NCBI GenBank assembly: GCA_937982515.1
Contig: CALJMB010000326.1
Span: 1 to 55,822 of the forward strand
Length of the DNA: 55,822 nucleotides
Direction: 5' to 3'
Source of the DNA: an uncultured Balneolaceae bacterium
Lineage (GTDB): Bacteria; Bacteroidota; Rhodothermia; Balneolales; Balneolaceae
Numbering within the stretch: the first letter of the stretch is position 1; each line of letters starts with the position of its first letter. Below are positions 36,665-46,255 of this stretch, piece after piece. The notes beneath the pieces were generated by a model. The model had not been told where the DNA came from and made no database searches. It was given only the letters and a program-made list of their open reading frames with translations. A program made the translations under genes and the position numbers.

Positions 36665-37960
36665 TTATGAAAGATAGTTTCGGGGATCGGTAATGGAGCC
36701 TTCCAGGGCAGAAGCGGCAACGGTATATGGCGAAGCCAGATAAACCTGAGCTTGTTTAGATCCCATTCGTCCGGGATAGTTTCTGTTTGTAGTAGAAATA
36801 CAGATCTCCTCGCCATTCAGCCGGCCAAATGTGTCGGAAGGTCCACCCAGGCACGCTGCGCAGGAAGCCTCGCCAATATGGCAGCCGGCTTCAACAAAGA
36901 TTTCCAGCAACGTTTGGTCGCCAATCTTCTCTGTTCTAAGCGCATCGGCAATCTCGGTTGTGGCAGGAACAACGTAGGTTTCTATAACCGGTGTCTTACC
37001 TTTAAGTATTTCGGCTGCAGCCTGAAAATCAGAGAGTTTACCGCCGGTGCAAGAACCGATGTAAGCTCTGGTCAGCTTCGTGCCTTCCAGCTCCTCAGCC
37101 GTGGCTTTGTTGTCCGGGCTATGAGGCTTGGCCACCATCGGCACCATCTTATCCAATTCATAGGTGTATGTACTGTGATACGTTGCATCATCATCGCTGT
37201 AGACGGGCGTGAAATCTTTGTCGGTCCGGCTTCTAACATACTCTTCTGTTTTTTCATCCGGTTCTACAACGCCATTTTTCCCACCGGCCTCGATAACCAT
37301 ATTGGTTAGGGTCATGCGGTCTTCCATGGTCATAGCGCTGATACCGCTTCCCCCGAATTCCATAGTACGGTAGGTGGCGCCATCAACACCGATATCCCCG
37401 ATGATTTGAAGGATAATATCTTTGGCCATCAGATAAGGGGGCATTTCATCTCCTTCAAAGACAAATCGCATGGTTTCGGGTACTTTTACCCACAATTTTC
37501 CTGTCCCCATGATGAAGGCGGCATCGGTATTGCCGATACCTGTTGCAAACTGGCCGAAGGCACCTGCGGTACAGGTATGAGAGTCGGTTCCGAAAAGAAC
37601 CTCGCCGGGCCGTGTAAAACCCTCTTCCGGAAGAGCTATATGACAGACCCCTTTATACCGGTCGGTACCGACATCATAATAGTGGGGCAGGTCCTGATCA
37701 GCCGCGAATGCCCTCAGGATATCCACGTTTCGGTTAGCATAGACATCTTCGGTAAAGATATAATGGTCCGGAATGATGACCAGCTTTTCTCTGTCCCAGA
37801 CCCGGGCATCTTCACCAAACTCATTCTTGAATATGGAAATAGCCGGCGGCCCGCAGACGTCGTGAGTCATAAGCACATCTACGTCGATCCACACGTTATC
37901 ACCGGGTTCTACGCTGCTTTGATTGCTGTGGTTGGCAAGTATTTTTTCTGTGAGAGTCAT
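36665..37960 (-). CDS. leuC: 3-isopropylmalate dehydratase large subunit
   Basis: 431 aa aconitase-family protein; Fe-S cysteines in GSCTGG and ASCAACLGG contexts. Confidence 0.93.
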   Translation of the reverse strand: MTLTEKILANHSNQSSVEPGDNVWIDVDVLMTHDVCGPPAISIFKNEFGEDARVWDREKLVIIPDHYIFTEDVYANRNVDILRAFAADQDLPHYYDVGTDRYKGVCHIALPEEGFTRPGEVLFGTDSHTCTAGAFGQFATGIGNTDAAFIMGTGKLWVKVPETMRFVFEGDEMPPYLMAKDIILQIIGDIGVDGATYRTMEFGGSGISAMTMEDRMTLTNMVIEAGGKNGVVEPDEKTEEYVRSRTDKDFTPVYSDDDATYHSTYTYELDKMVPMVAKPHSPDNKATAEELEGTKLTRAYIGSCTGGKLSDFQAAAEILKGKTPVIETYVVPATTEIADALRTEKIGDQTLLEIFVEAGCHIGEASCAACLGGPSDTFGRLNGEEICISTTNRNYPGRMGSKQAQVYLASPYTVAASALEGSITDPRNYLS

Positions 37961-38086
37961 GTGATTATTTGAGTTAAGCTGTTGCCTGGCATCAGTTCAA
38001 TATTGTTTAAGATCAGAAAGTATGGAATACGTATCATGTGTTTTTGCCATTCAGTCCGTTCCCTGAATCTTAAACCTGATGCGAAA

Positions 38087-39277
38087 TTAAGCAGATTTTG
38101 TTTTCTTTTCTTCGAGAGGGCTTAACGGTATCTGATCCGTTAAAAGCGTTATCAGTTCATCGTCAGTGACGACCTTTTTCTTATCGGCCAGCCTGATAAA
38201 CTGGATATAGATCTGGTTAAGTTGATCTTTGGCCAGGTTATAACCAAGTGTCTGAAGCTTTTTATCCAGTGCAAAGCGGCCAGAATGTTTCCCCAGCACG
38301 ATTTTGTTGCCACGGGCTCCCACCGACTCAGGCGTCATGATTTCATAAGTCAGAGGGTTGTTAAGCACCCCATGCTGGTGGATACCGGCTTCATGAGCAA
38401 AGGCATTTTCTCCAACGATGGCTTTATTGGGCTGTACGGTTTTACCGGTTATCTCCGTCAGCAACTGGCTGGCAGCGAAAAGCTCTGTTGTTTTGACGTT
38501 TGTGGTCTGGGTAAAGTCATTTTTGCGTGTTTCCAGACACATCACGATCTCCTCCAGAGAGGCGTTTCCGGCGCGTTCACCTATGCCGTTGATGGTACAC
38601 TCAACTTGCTGAGCCCCGTTTTTGATAGCAGAAAGCGAGTTGGCAACCGCCAGCCCCAAGTCGTTATGGCAGTGTACACTTATGGTTGCCCGTTCAATAT
38701 TCGGTACTTCATCTTTAATTTTTTTGATCAGCGCGCCGTATTCCCAGGGCAAGGCATAGCCCACAGTATCGGGTATGTTGATAATTTTAGCCCCGGCGTT
38801 AATGACTTCCGTAAACACCTGTATTAAAAAATCGGGATCGCTGCGGGAGGCATCTTCTGCCGAAAATTCCACTTCTCCACACTGCTGACTGGCAAACTCC
38901 ACCGCACGTATCGCTGCATCGAGGACCTCCTGGCGGGACATCTTCAGCTTATATTTCATGTGGATGTCTGAAGTGGCGAGAAAGATGTGAATGCGCGATT
39001 TAGCCGTGTACTGAAGTGCGTCAGCCGCCCGCTGGATATCTTCTTCACGGGTACGGGACAGGGCGGCAATTGTTGTGCTTTTAATTTCTTTACTGATTTG
39101 TTTTACGGTCTCAAAATCTCCGTCAGAGGCTATGGGGAAACCCGCCTCTATAACATCTACCTGCAGTTGCTCAAGCTGCCGGGCCATCCGTAACTTTTCA
39201 TCCCGGTTCATACTGTAACCGGGCGACTGTTCTCCATCTCTTAAAGTAGTATCGAAAATTTGTATTTGATTGCTCAT
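38087..39277 (-). CDS. leuA: 2-isopropylmalate synthase, short form lacking the C-terminal LeuA-dimer regulatory domain
   Basis: 396 aa; DTTLRDGEQ and [13 protein letters not shown] motifs; the protein ends soon after the catalytic barrel and linker subdomains. Confidence 0.85.
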   Translation of the reverse strand: MSNQIQIFDTTLRDGEQSPGYSMNRDEKLRMARQLEQLQVDVIEAGFPIASDGDFETVKQISKEIKSTTIAALSRTREEDIQRAADALQYTAKSRIHIFLATSDIHMKYKLKMSRQEVLDAAIRAVEFASQQCGEVEFSAEDASRSDPDFLIQVFTEVINAGAKIINIPDTVGYALPWEYGALIKKIKDEVPNIERATISVHCHNDLGLAVANSLSAIKNGAQQVECTINGIGERAGNASLEEIVMCLETRKNDFTQTTNVKTTELFAASQLLTEITGKTVQPNKAIVGENAFAHEAGIHQHGVLNNPLTYEIMTPESVGARGNKIVLGKHSGRFALDKKLQTLGYNLAKDQLNQIYIQFIRLADKKKVVTDDELITLLTDQIPLSPLEEKKTKSA

Positions 39278-39390
39278 GGTATTCTAATTGAAATTGGTGT
39301 TGAAATATGTGGTATAAAGAACATGCGGTTCTTTAGTAGCAGATATAGCAAGCCAGGTAGAGATAGAGAAGTTAGTCTGAGCAATTTCAT
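39274..39390 (-). promoter_or_regulatory. Leu-rich upstream [41 protein letters not shown], stop overlapping the leuA ATG (ATGA)
   Basis: Internal Met24 of track ORF 39274..39459; 10 Leu in the first 19 codons, 6 of them CTA. Confidence 0.45.
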
Positions 39391-39425
39391 TGTAGCTAAT
39401 GTATAAGTTAAGGTTAAATTAAAGT

Positions 39426-39463
39426 CCTGTCGGCTTCCGGTAAGCGTACCCGGAGCCAACAGG
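39426..39463 (-). terminator. Hairpin CCTGTTGGCTCCGG-N9-CCGGAAGCCGACAGG between ilvC and the Leu-rich ORF
   Basis: Imperfect ~14-bp stem followed by ACTTTAATTTA on the minus strand. Confidence 0.5.
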
Positions 39464-39510
39464 CATGGGTTATCTATGTTTGCCCCCTTGGGACACTCCT
39501 GGATTAGTGT

Positions 39511-39578
39511 ATCGGTTAATAGTTACTGGTTATTCGTGGGAGAGCACTCCTGATAACGAATAACCAATAACCATTACA
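39511..39578. repeat. Hairpin repeat element X1 (GGTTATTCGT ... ACGAATAACC with AATAACC word repeats)
   Basis: Shares the 19-nt string GGTTATTGGTTATTCGTTA (reverse strand here) with 43698..43775. Confidence 0.65.
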
Positions 39579-39643
39579 AGTATTTTGATGGCAATAGATC
39601 AGAACACCTGCTTATAAAGCATTACACTAATTCAATTCTGAGT

Positions 39644-40672
39644 CTATTCGGCAGCCTCTTCTGCACCGTCTTCGTCATCTATCGTAATCCAGTCCATCAT
39701 GCCCCGCAGCTGCTTGCCGACTTTTTCTAATTCGAGAGACTGTTGATCCTTGCGATGCTTCAGCAGGTTAGGCGTGCCTTGTTTATTCTCTTCGATCCAT
39801 TCTTTGGCAAATCTTCCATCAACTACTTTGTCGAGCACTTCCTGGACCCTTTTCTTGGTCTCATCATTAACTACATGCTCGCCGCGGGTCATGCCTCCGT
39901 ATTCGGCTGTATCACTGACGGAGTAGTACATTCGCTCGAGGCCGCCTTCATACATAAGGTCTACAATAAGCTTAAGTTCATGCAGACATTCGAAGTAGGC
40001 AACTTCCGGCTGATAGCCTGCATCTACCAGTGTCTTGAACCCTACTTTAACCAGTTCGGGAACACCGCCGCAGAGGATAGCCTGTTCGCCGAACAGATCG
40101 GTCTCGGTTTCCTCTTTAAATGTGGTTTCAATGACTCCGGCCTTTGTACCGCCCAGCCCCTTTGCATAGGCAAGTGCAATATTTTTGGCATTGCCACTGG
40201 CATCCTGGTGAATGGCAACCAGGCATGGAACGCCGGAACCTTCTTTGTAGACTCTTCGCACCAAATGCCCCGGGCTTTTGGGAGCAACCATAAAAACGTC
40301 TATACCTTCAGAAGGTTTGATCTGATCAAAATGGATATTAAAGCCATGTGCAAAAGCAAGAGCATTGCCGGCCTCGAGATGCGGCTCAATTTCATTTTCA
40401 TACACACTGGCCTGGTGTTGATCGGGAATGAGTATCATTACAATATCTCCGGCTTTAGCTGCCTCGGCTACGTCTAATACTTCAAGGCCGGCGCGTTCTG
40501 CATGTTTTCTTGAGCTGCTGGTGCTTTTCAGTCCAACAACTACATCAACGCCGCTTTCTTTGAGATTGAGTGCATGGGCATGTCCCTGACTGCCATAACC
40601 GATGATGGCCACTTTTTTTCCTTCCAGATGTTTTAGGTCAGCGTCTGAATCGTAATATGTTGTTGCTTGCAT
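39644..40672 (-). CDS. ilvC: Ketol-acid reductoisomerase
   Basis: 342 aa class I KARI; [15 protein letters not shown] nucleotide loop. Confidence 0.96.
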   Translation of the reverse strand: MQATTYYDSDADLKHLEGKKVAIIGYGSQGHAHALNLKESGVDVVVGLKSTSSSRKHAERAGLEVLDVAEAAKAGDIVMILIPDQHQASVYENEIEPHLEAGNALAFAHGFNIHFDQIKPSEGIDVFMVAPKSPGHLVRRVYKEGSGVPCLVAIHQDASGNAKNIALAYAKGLGGTKAGVIETTFKEETETDLFGEQAILCGGVPELVKVGFKTLVDAGYQPEVAYFECLHELKLIVDLMYEGGLERMYYSVSDTAEYGGMTRGEHVVNDETKKRVQEVLDKVVDGRFAKEWIEENKQGTPNLLKHRKDQQSLELEKVGKQLRGMMDWITIDDEDGAEEAAE

Positions 40673-40697
40673 TTGTAGTTTAGTTCGTGATTATTGG

Positions 40698-41231
40698 TTA
40701 AATAGTACCGTTGAATTCGCGTTTAAGAGCCACACTTCCCGTTCGTGCCACTTCTTTAATACCAAACGGGCGCAACATTTCGATAGCCGCGTCGATCTTG
40801 TCTTTATTACCGGTCACTTCTACCGAAAGGTTATCCTGGCTCAGGTCGATGATTTTAGCCCGGAAGACTTGTGTAATTTGCATAATCTCCGAACGCGAGG
40901 CAGGCGTGGTTGTAACTTTGATAATGGCCAGTTCCCGTTCGATGTACGGATCATACGTCAGGTCTTTGACCTTTATAACATCGATAACCTTGTGGAGTTG
41001 TTTGGTAATCTGTTCTACGATATGCTCATCACCCTGGGTGGTGAGTGTAATACGCGCCACACCGGGTCGTTCGCCGGTGCCGAAACTGATGCTGTCTATA
41101 TCAAATCCGCGCCCGCTGAAAATACCGACAATACGGCACAACGCGTTAAGGTTGTGGTTGGCAAGCACGGAAATGGTGTGTTTCTGCTTTTGCTCTTTAG
41201 CTTTAGATCTGACAGAACTCATATCAATCAT
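40698..41231 (-). CDS. ilvN: Acetolactate synthase small (regulatory) subunit
   Basis: 177 aa; ACT domain (HTISVLANHNLNALCRIVGIFSGRGFDIDSI); the start may instead be Met4 at 41222. Confidence 0.9.
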   Translation of the reverse strand: MIDMSSVRSKAKEQKQKHTISVLANHNLNALCRIVGIFSGRGFDIDSISFGTGERPGVARITLTTQGDEHIVEQITKQLHKVIDVIKVKDLTYDPYIERELAIIKVTTTPASRSEIMQITQVFRAKIIDLSQDNLSVEVTGNKDKIDAAIEMLRPFGIKEVARTGSVALKREFNGTI

Positions 41232-42984
41232 CTCCTTCTACCATTTCGTATAAGGCAGCGCCTGTAGGCACCATCGGATAACAGTTTTCTTCTGCCTCAA
41301 CAACGAAATCCATCACTACAGGCCGATCGTTGATATCCATAGCTTTTTGCAGTACTTCATGCATCTCGTCAGGGGTAGTGGCACGTAACCCGACCGCGCC
41401 ATAACTTTCTGCAAGTTTGACGAAATCAGGGTTGCTCGCACTGAGAATGGAATGAGAATAACGGTTTTCAAAAAAGAGCTCTTGCCACTGCCGCACCATT
41501 CCAAGGCAGCCGTTATTCATGATGGCGATTTTCAGAGGAAGCTTGTACTGAACCGCGGTGGCCAGTTCACATGACGTCATTTGAAACCCGCCATCGCCTA
41601 CAATGGCAACAACCGGCCGGTCTTTAACGCCAAAAGCGGCACCCATGGCAGCGGGGAATCCATATCCCATTGTGCCGAGGCCCCCCGAAGTAATCTGAGA
41701 GCGGGGATGGTTAAACGTATAGTGCTGGGCCGCCCACATCTGATGCTGGCCTACGTCTGTAGCGACAATAGCATTTCCATTGGTGGCTTTGGAAATAGCT
41801 TTAATCATCTCCTGAGGTTTGATGACGCCCTCTTTATGGGAAATCCTGAGGGGATGCTCTTTTTGCCACTTGCGTATGGTGGCCCACCATTTATCGGTGT
41901 TGGGCTTTTGAGTGGCTTTGTCAAGCTGCGGGAGCACCTGCTTCACATCCCCGACAATGGGAACTTCTACATGTACGTTTTTGGAAATGCAGGAAGGATC
42001 AATGTCGATATGAATTTTCCGGGAGTAGGGAGAAAATCCGTCCAGGCGTCCCGTTACCCGGTCATCAAAGCGCGCGCCCACAGCCAGCAGCACGTCGCAT
42101 TCCGTGGTAGCCATGTTAGCCGTCCAGGTGCCATGCATACCCAGCATGCCCAGCGATTGTGGCTTGCTTTCCGGGAAGCAACCCAGCCCCATAAGGGTAG
42201 TGGTTACAGGAATATTGAGCCGTTCGGCCATGGCAGTCAGTTCTTCCCAGGCCTCTCCGAGCATGACACCGCCGCCGACGTAAATAAGCGGTTTTTCTGC
42301 GTTGCTAAGCAGTTCCGCGGCTTTTGTGATCTGGGCCTGATGCCCTTGGGTTACCGGATTGTAGCTTGGTATGGATACGCTTTTATGGCCGGTGTAACTT
42401 CCTTTAGCGTTGATCATGTCTTTGGGTAAATCGATCAGAACCGGTCCCGGTCTGCCATTGACGGCAATATGGAAAGCCTCGCGGATCACATGCTCCAGCT
42501 GGTTTACATCCTTAACAAGATAATTATGTTTGGTAATGGGACGGGTAATCCCGACAATATCCGCCTCCTGGAAAGCGTCATTGCCAATCAGATTGGTAGG
42601 CACCTGTCCGGTAAAAACAACCAGAGGTATGGAATCCATGGCGGCAGTGGCAATACCCGTAACCGTATTGGTTCCGCCCGGGCCGGAGGTTACCAGAACA
42701 ACGCCTGGTTTCCCCGTGGCCCGAGCGTAACCGTCGGCAGCATGAGTTCCTGCTTGTTCATGGCGAATCAAAATGTGGTTGAGGTCCGTGTTTTTGTATA
42801 AGGTGTCATAAATGGGCAATACGGCTCCTCCCGGGTATCCAAAAATGGTGTCCACATCCAGATCCACTAGCGTACGCAATAAAATTTCCGAACCGCTGAG
42901 TCCTTCTGCAGGTGCGGGGCTTCGTTTCCCCGAAGGGATATCATGTTTCTTTTTTGCCTGTTGAGTTTGTGTAGTGTTACTCAT
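41224..42984 (-). CDS. ilvB: Acetolactate synthase large subunit (biosynthetic, ThDP-dependent)
   Basis: 586 aa; ThDP motif GDGGFQM...NNG; GYPGGAVLPIYD N-terminal region. Confidence 0.95.
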   Translation of the reverse strand: MSNTTQTQQAKKKHDIPSGKRSPAPAEGLSGSEILLRTLVDLDVDTIFGYPGGAVLPIYDTLYKNTDLNHILIRHEQAGTHAADGYARATGKPGVVLVTSGPGGTNTVTGIATAAMDSIPLVVFTGQVPTNLIGNDAFQEADIVGITRPITKHNYLVKDVNQLEHVIREAFHIAVNGRPGPVLIDLPKDMINAKGSYTGHKSVSIPSYNPVTQGHQAQITKAAELLSNAEKPLIYVGGGVMLGEAWEELTAMAERLNIPVTTTLMGLGCFPESKPQSLGMLGMHGTWTANMATTECDVLLAVGARFDDRVTGRLDGFSPYSRKIHIDIDPSCISKNVHVEVPIVGDVKQVLPQLDKATQKPNTDKWWATIRKWQKEHPLRISHKEGVIKPQEMIKAISKATNGNAIVATDVGQHQMWAAQHYTFNHPRSQITSGGLGTMGYGFPAAMGAAFGVKDRPVVAIVGDGGFQMTSCELATAVQYKLPLKIAIMNNGCLGMVRQWQELFFENRYSHSILSASNPDFVKLAESYGAVGLRATTPDEMHEVLQKAMDINDRPVVMDFVVEAEENCYPMVPTGAALYEMVEGDD

Positions 42985-43008
42985 ATGACCTCATGGATAT
43001 AGTTTACC

Positions 43009-43067
43009 CGCCAGAGGTCAAAATTTGAATTTACATGTATTGGTGTGTTAAATTCTAACCTCTGGCG
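43009..43067 (-). promoter_or_regulatory. 10-bp perfect hairpin CGCCAGAGGT-N39-ACCTCTGGCG between the ILV-rich ORF and the ilvB ATG
   Basis: Read directly; no U-run follows, so it is not a canonical intrinsic terminator. Confidence 0.5.
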
Positions 43068-43073
43068 TCGGTA

Positions 43074-43310
43074 TTAGCTAATAATTAGAATTAGGTTAAC
43101 GATAATGCCAGAAATTAGAACCGATAGGATAGTTAGTAAACCCAGCACAGATACAGGCAGGGAGTTAATCACACCGGTTACCACGAAAGAGAGGACGACA
43201 GTGATAAGAGAAAAAGCCAACAAGGCATTAACAGAAAACGGGCGTTGCGTAACAGGGGCTGTTGCACACAGCGTTTCTGATAAATTGTTATGTATTGACT
43301 GTTTGAGCAC
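43074..43310 (-). CDS. Ile/Leu/Val-rich small ORF (78 codons, GTG start): candidate ilv leader peptide or small two-helix membrane protein
   Basis: C-terminal 53 residues contain 31 I/L/V; it ends GIIVNLILIIS* immediately before the hairpin and ilvB. Confidence 0.4.
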   Translation of the reverse strand: MLKQSIHNNLSETLCATAPVTQRPFSVNALLAFSLITVVLSFVVTGVINSLPVSVLGLLTILSVLISGIIVNLILIIS

Positions 43311-43697
43311 TTAGTTGTCGTTCATTAATTGATCAGCTCGTATAATAGGCATACCTGAGTGTTGAGTCAAGGGGAAAATGCACTATTTAATCATTTCGTT
43401 TTAAGTTTATCTGCACTAATAAATTAATAAGTTGGCGGGGGTATTATTAGCAGCAATAATAGACAGCGTATAACCGGCGGACGGAGTATATTTGGCCGGT
43501 GGCGTTAAAATATTTTACAGCTCATTTTAAATATTAACTTTACTTTGGTTACTCGTATTTTATATTTACAGGCTTCCCGCCGGCAGTTGTTTTTTCATGA
43601 CAATCGTAAGCTCTAAAATTCTAAGGATTAGTTAAGCCACAGATTTACACAGATAAGGGCAGTTTTTTTAAGTAAAGAGGCCGCCAAAACACTAAAG

Positions 43698-43775
43698 GGG
43701 TTATTGGTTATTCGTTAATGGCTATTAGCAGGGATGTTCCTGATACCAACTAACCATTAACGAATAACCGATAGC
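43698..43775. repeat. Hairpin repeat element X2 (GGTTATTCGTTAATGG ... CCATTAACGAATAACC)
   Basis: 16-bp perfect inverted repeat; related to X1 at 39511..39578. Confidence 0.65.
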
Positions 43776-43850
43776 AACACTGGCTAAATGTACAACAGTA
43801 CACAACCATCTGCTTCAATCTGTGCTAATCTGTGACCCAAAATATTTACC

Positions 43851-45530
43851 ATGGCTGATAAATTAAACAAGTACAGTTCCCGTCTTACGCAACAAGAATC
43901 TCAGGTTGGCTCAAAAGCCATGCTGTATGGCGTGGGGCTAAGTGATGAAGATATGAATAAAGCCCAGGTGGGTATTGCAAGCACCGGCTGGGAAGGCAAC
44001 CCTTGTAATATGCACCTCAATGACCTGGCAGTGCATATTCGAGAGAGTGTGACTGCTTCCGGCCTGGTGGGATTTATCTTTCACAGCATCGGGGTGAGCG
44101 ATGGTATTTCTATGGGAACCCAGGGGATGAAGTTTTCACTGCCCTCCCGTGAAATTATTGCAGACTCCATTGAGACGGTGATGTCTGCACAGTGGTACGA
44201 TGCCAATATCTCTGTTGTAGGGTGCGACAAAAACATGCCGGGTTCCGTGATGGCTATGTCTCGTTTTAACCGCCCCTCTATAATGATCTATGGAGGAACC
44301 ATACGCCCGGGTAACCTGAACGGACAAAAACTGGATATCGTCTCGGCCTTTGAATCATACGGGCAGTATTTGTCCGACGATATCAATGAAGCGGAAATGG
44401 TGAATGTGCTGAAGCACGCTTGCCCCGGGGCCGGTGCCTGCGGCGGAATGTACACAGCCAATACGATGGCCGCGGCTATTGAAACCATGGGATTGAGCCT
44501 GCCTTTCAGTTCATCTATCCCGGCTACGCATGAGTTGAAGGTTGCAGAGTGCAGGAAGGCAGGCCAGGCAATCAGGGTTTTGCTGGAAAAGGATATCAAG
44601 CCGCGGGACATCATCAACAAGCGGTCACTGGAAAATGCCGTGGCCATGGCGGTTGCTCTTGGCGGTTCTACCAACGCCGTAATGCATCTGCTGGCGATCG
44701 CGCGTTCGGCAGAGGTTCCGTTTACGATCGATGACTTTCAGGAAGTCAGCAACCGGACACCCTACCTGGCCGACCTGAAACCCAGCGGAAAGTATGTAAT
44801 GGAAGACCTGTTTAATGCAGGCGGTGTTCCGGCCGTGCAAAAGCTTATGCTGAAAGAAGGATTGCTGCACCCCGATTGTATTACGGTAACGGGTAAAACC
44901 CTTGAGGAGAATGTAGCCGAAGTGCCAGACCTGCTGGAAGAGCAGAAAGTCATACACCCACTGTCCGACCCTATTAAAAAGACCGGGCACCTGCAGATTC
45001 TGTACGGTAATCTCGCTCCCGGGGGCGCCGTAGCCAAGATTACGGGAAAAGAAGGCGAACGATTCTCCGGCCCCGCCCGTGTGTTTGAATCTGAAGAAGA
45101 AGCACTGGAAGCCATCCAGCAAGGAAAAGTTAAAAAGGGGGATGTGGTGGTAATTCGCTATGAGGGCCCCAAAGGAGGGCCCGGCATGCGGGAGATGCTG
45201 TCTATTACCGCTGCAATAATGGGAGCCGGATTGGGTAAAAGTGTTGCTCTTATTACCGATGGCCGGTTTTCGGGAGGAAGCCACGGCTTTGTCATCGGCC
45301 ATGTAACGCCCGAAGCACAGGCAGGCGGGCCTATCGGTCTTATCAAAGACGATGACATCATTACCATAGACGCGGAAAAGAATGTAATAAAGGTTGATAT
45401 TTCCGATGAAGAAATGGAGCAGCGGAAAAAAGAATGGAAGCAGCCGGAGCTTCAGGCTAAAAGCGGAATTCTTTACAAATATGCCCAGCTGGTTTCCAGC
45501 GCATCGGAAGGTTGTGTAACCGACAGGTAG
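43851..45530 (+). CDS. ilvD: Dihydroxy-acid dehydratase
   Basis: 559 aa; [19 protein letters not shown] and SGGSHG motifs. Confidence 0.96.
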   Translation: MADKLNKYSSRLTQQESQVGSKAMLYGVGLSDEDMNKAQVGIASTGWEGNPCNMHLNDLAVHIRESVTASGLVGFIFHSIGVSDGISMGTQGMKFSLPSREIIADSIETVMSAQWYDANISVVGCDKNMPGSVMAMSRFNRPSIMIYGGTIRPGNLNGQKLDIVSAFESYGQYLSDDINEAEMVNVLKHACPGAGACGGMYTANTMAAAIETMGLSLPFSSSIPATHELKVAECRKAGQAIRVLLEKDIKPRDIINKRSLENAVAMAVALGGSTNAVMHLLAIARSAEVPFTIDDFQEVSNRTPYLADLKPSGKYVMEDLFNAGGVPAVQKLMLKEGLLHPDCITVTGKTLEENVAEVPDLLEEQKVIHPLSDPIKKTGHLQILYGNLAPGGAVAKITGKEGERFSGPARVFESEEEALEAIQQGKVKKGDVVVIRYEGPKGGPGMREMLSITAAIMGAGLGKSVALITDGRFSGGSHGFVIGHVTPEAQAGGPIGLIKDDDIITIDAEKNVIKVDISDEEMEQRKKEWKQPELQAKSGILYKYAQLVSSASEGCVTDR

Positions 45531-45559
45531 TAATCAGGAACCAGATTATACATAACAGG

Positions 45560-45590
45560 CCCATTGGATGACTTAGAGTCATCCAATGGG
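45560..45590 (+). terminator. ilvD terminator CCCATTGGATGACT-TAG-AGTCATCCAATGGG
   Basis: 14-bp perfect inverted repeat 30 nt after the ilvD stop. Confidence 0.7.
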
Positions 45591-46255
45591 TACTTGCTTT
45601 CATTTAATTAAGCAGGGCGCCTTTCTCAACTCTGATCCTGAAACATCTGCCGCTCCTTATCCGGCAGAGAGTATCGATTCTAATCATCTGCACCGGCCCT
45701 GGTTCCATCCGTTTCGCTGCCTCTCCAAAGAAGGAGAAAATCTCACACTGTTCTCAGCATTCAGGGGGTTTCAGACCCCCTTCTGTGCAAAAATTTGCAC
45801 AAACCCCGTTCCAAGCAGGGGCCAAGTCCCGACCAAGTACTGTGCAAGCTTTGTGCAAACCCTGACCAACACCCCGCAGCTGCAGGCCTTGTATGAGACT
45901 TGGGCAGGCCTTGGCAGAAGGTATGAAAGGCCTTCAGGACTTGTTTTGTGCAAAAAACAGGCGCTATTTGCGCAGTCCGGTGTTGAGTTTTGAATCGGGG
46001 GGGCTACGCCATGGCGTGTCTGTATAGCGGGGTTGCTGGTCCGGTGCTTCAAGCGCGGAGAACAGGAGGGGAGATTCCCATCTGAAAGTGACCGGTCGGC
46101 AGCCTTCTATGCTTCCGTAATTATTCTGAATTTCTGTGGCTGACCCTGACCCCGAAGATGGGAGTAATTCCGGTATAAGAGTACCTGTAGCGTTCCACGT
46201 CAACCATGCGTATAGACTGGTAACTGTTAATCCGAACCAAAACCGACGTGAAGCT

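Noticed and set aside
44625-45302. 225-aa minus-strand ORF and other antisense ORFs inside ilvD, ilvB, ilvC, leuA, leuC, uvrA and the OPT gene
   Set aside because: These are shadow ORFs opposite highly confident enzyme genes. Their compositions are typical of antisense frames.
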